Below are positions 62,450-64,000 of a DNA stretch of 64,000 nt, piece by piece. Below the pieces are notes generated by a model. It was given only the letters and a program-made list of their open reading frames with translations, was not told the DNA's origin and did not search any database. The DNA is taken from positions 8,372,001-8,436,000 of the forward strand of contig NW_024704743.1 of assembly GCF_018977255.1 (NCBI RefSeq), written 5' to 3'. The first letter of the stretch is position 1. Each line of letters starts with the position of its first letter. The DNA comes from Callorhinchus milii. Lineage: Eukaryota. A program made the position numbers and the translations under genes.

Positions 62450-63250
62450 AACAAGATTAACAATGAAGGGTGATAATAAAAGTAGCAGTGATACAGACTC
62501 GATGGGCTGAACAGCCCACTCCTCCTGAAAATTTCTACATTTATGGTTGCCTACACCTCTCATACTTTTAAAGACTTGGATCAGGTGCTCCCTTAATCTT
62601 CTTTTTTCCCAAGAAAACACGTTCAGCTCTGAGAGGCTCCTGCTGTTTTTTATTGCTTGTCGTTTTTGGACAGCTTCTGCAGTCAGTAAGTGAGGTTTAT
62701 TCCTCAGGGGAATTGTTAAACATTTATTGGTAACAATGCTTTTAGAATTTATTTAAAGCCCTTGGCTTAACTAAGTTATGTTGTGCTATACATGGCTGGC
62801 TTTTTCCATGATCCTTCTGACTAGATTAGTTGCAGCATGTGACTTGTCTGTTGCTATTTGCTCTGTGTTTCTCAGATTCTTCATGTGTGATAGTTACCGA
62901 GTCTCAAAGGGCTCTTTGACTCAGAGTTTCTATGTAGAAAGAGGAAACGAGAGCATTCAGCGTTTTGTTTGCAGGAGCCAAGGAAAAAGAAATCAATTGT
63001 GTCATCATTTTAGTGACAGATTATATAGTGCTTTTGCAGGATGACAGCAAATTCACATTGATTCTTGTAAGTTTTTGCAGGGTTTTGACAAAATATACTC
63101 AAAATATAATATTCACAGTATGCTCTGTGAAGCGCTTTGAGACGTTTTGAAGACGTGATAAGACACTATACCAAATGCAAGGATTTTTATTATTATTATT
63201 GTCAGTGAAGCACTTTCTCTTTTACCAAACACAATAGCAACATTTTAGAC

Positions 63251-63640
63251 ACAACAACAACAAGATTCCATTTATAGAGCGCCTTTCACGTCGGGAGGAC
63301 GTCCCAAGGCGCCGCACAGTTGGGTCAGGACCCGAGCAAAGGGGAAATGGTCAGGGTGAGGGGAGGGAAGGGAGGGAGCGAGGAGGGGGTAGAGAGTCGA
63401 GAGGGCAGCTGAAGGCACGGTCAAAGAGAAAGGTCTTGAGACCGCCCTTGAAGGAGGAAAGGGAGGAAACAAGGTGAAGGCACTGGGGGATGGAGTTCCA
63501 GAGCCTCGGGGCTGAAGGCCCGGCCACCGATGGTAGGGCGATTGGGGCAGGGTATGTGGAGCAGACCGGAGCCAGAGGAACGGAGGGTACGGGCAGGTAG
63601 ATAGGGGGATAGTAGGTCAGAGAGGTAGGAGGGAGCAAGG
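63251..63640 (-). mobile_element. Young L2 LINE 3' end
   Basis: Closely similar to 11432-11810; (TTG)n tail. Confidence 0.9.
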
Positions 63641-64000
63641 TCAGAATTGCTCCATATTCTTTGGTAATACAGGAGGGGCCCACAAATAGGTATGTTTAAT
63701 GAAACATAATGTTCAGGGCACCAAATCCAACTTATCTGAGCATGAAACAGAAAGGTAATGGTAGGTACATTACATCCTATCTGCGAAGTTAATAATGCAA
63801 AATGTGCCTCCATCACCATTTCACCTTTCCTCTGGGATTAGCCCCGAAACTCTGGGACACTCTCCCTCAATCCCTTTACTTTGCTCCCACTTTCCCCCTT
63901 TTCAAGTCCCACCTGAAGATCTTCCACTTCGATCGGGCTTACAGCCACCTCCCCCCGGCGCCTCCACTGTTAAGCGCTTTGAGAGGGCGCTATATAACTG

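Noticed and set aside
41000..64000. Exons of a neighbouring gene such as the EPC1 3' end
   Set aside because: No recognisable coding exon or protein motif found; region appears intergenic

Overview
Eukaryotic (vertebrate) genomic DNA; the repeat content (tRNA-headed SINEs with L2-type tails, Deu-domain SINEs, LF-SINE-like copies, young L2, CR1, Penelope-type relics) points to a cartilaginous fish, possibly a chimaera such as elephant shark (inference). Bases 411-39689 carry coding exons 1-15 of a kinesin-1 heavy chain gene (KIF5B) on the minus strand. All 15 exons were read by hand: GT-AG introns, consistent phases, 1704 nt = 568 codons; the gene continues off the left edge. A CpG-island promoter lies at about 39550-40800. 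The remaining ~23 kb has no recognisable protein gene, only nested retroelements, two CTCF-like sites and several enhancer-like unique blocks. Most interesting observations: an 8-codon uORF (MVAMLDRK) that matches a human KIF5B 5'UTR uORF recalled from memory; an AG|GTGAGT recursive-splice-type junction at exon 12 whose use would give an immediate stop after the motor+neck; a candidate poison exon in intron 1; hammerhead-ribozyme cores in two Penelope-type relics; LF-SINE-like copies antisense in introns; an unclassified ~550-bp repeat family; and two abutting perfect palindromes. Repeat boundaries are approximate and family names come from recalled consensus similarity, not from database searches.
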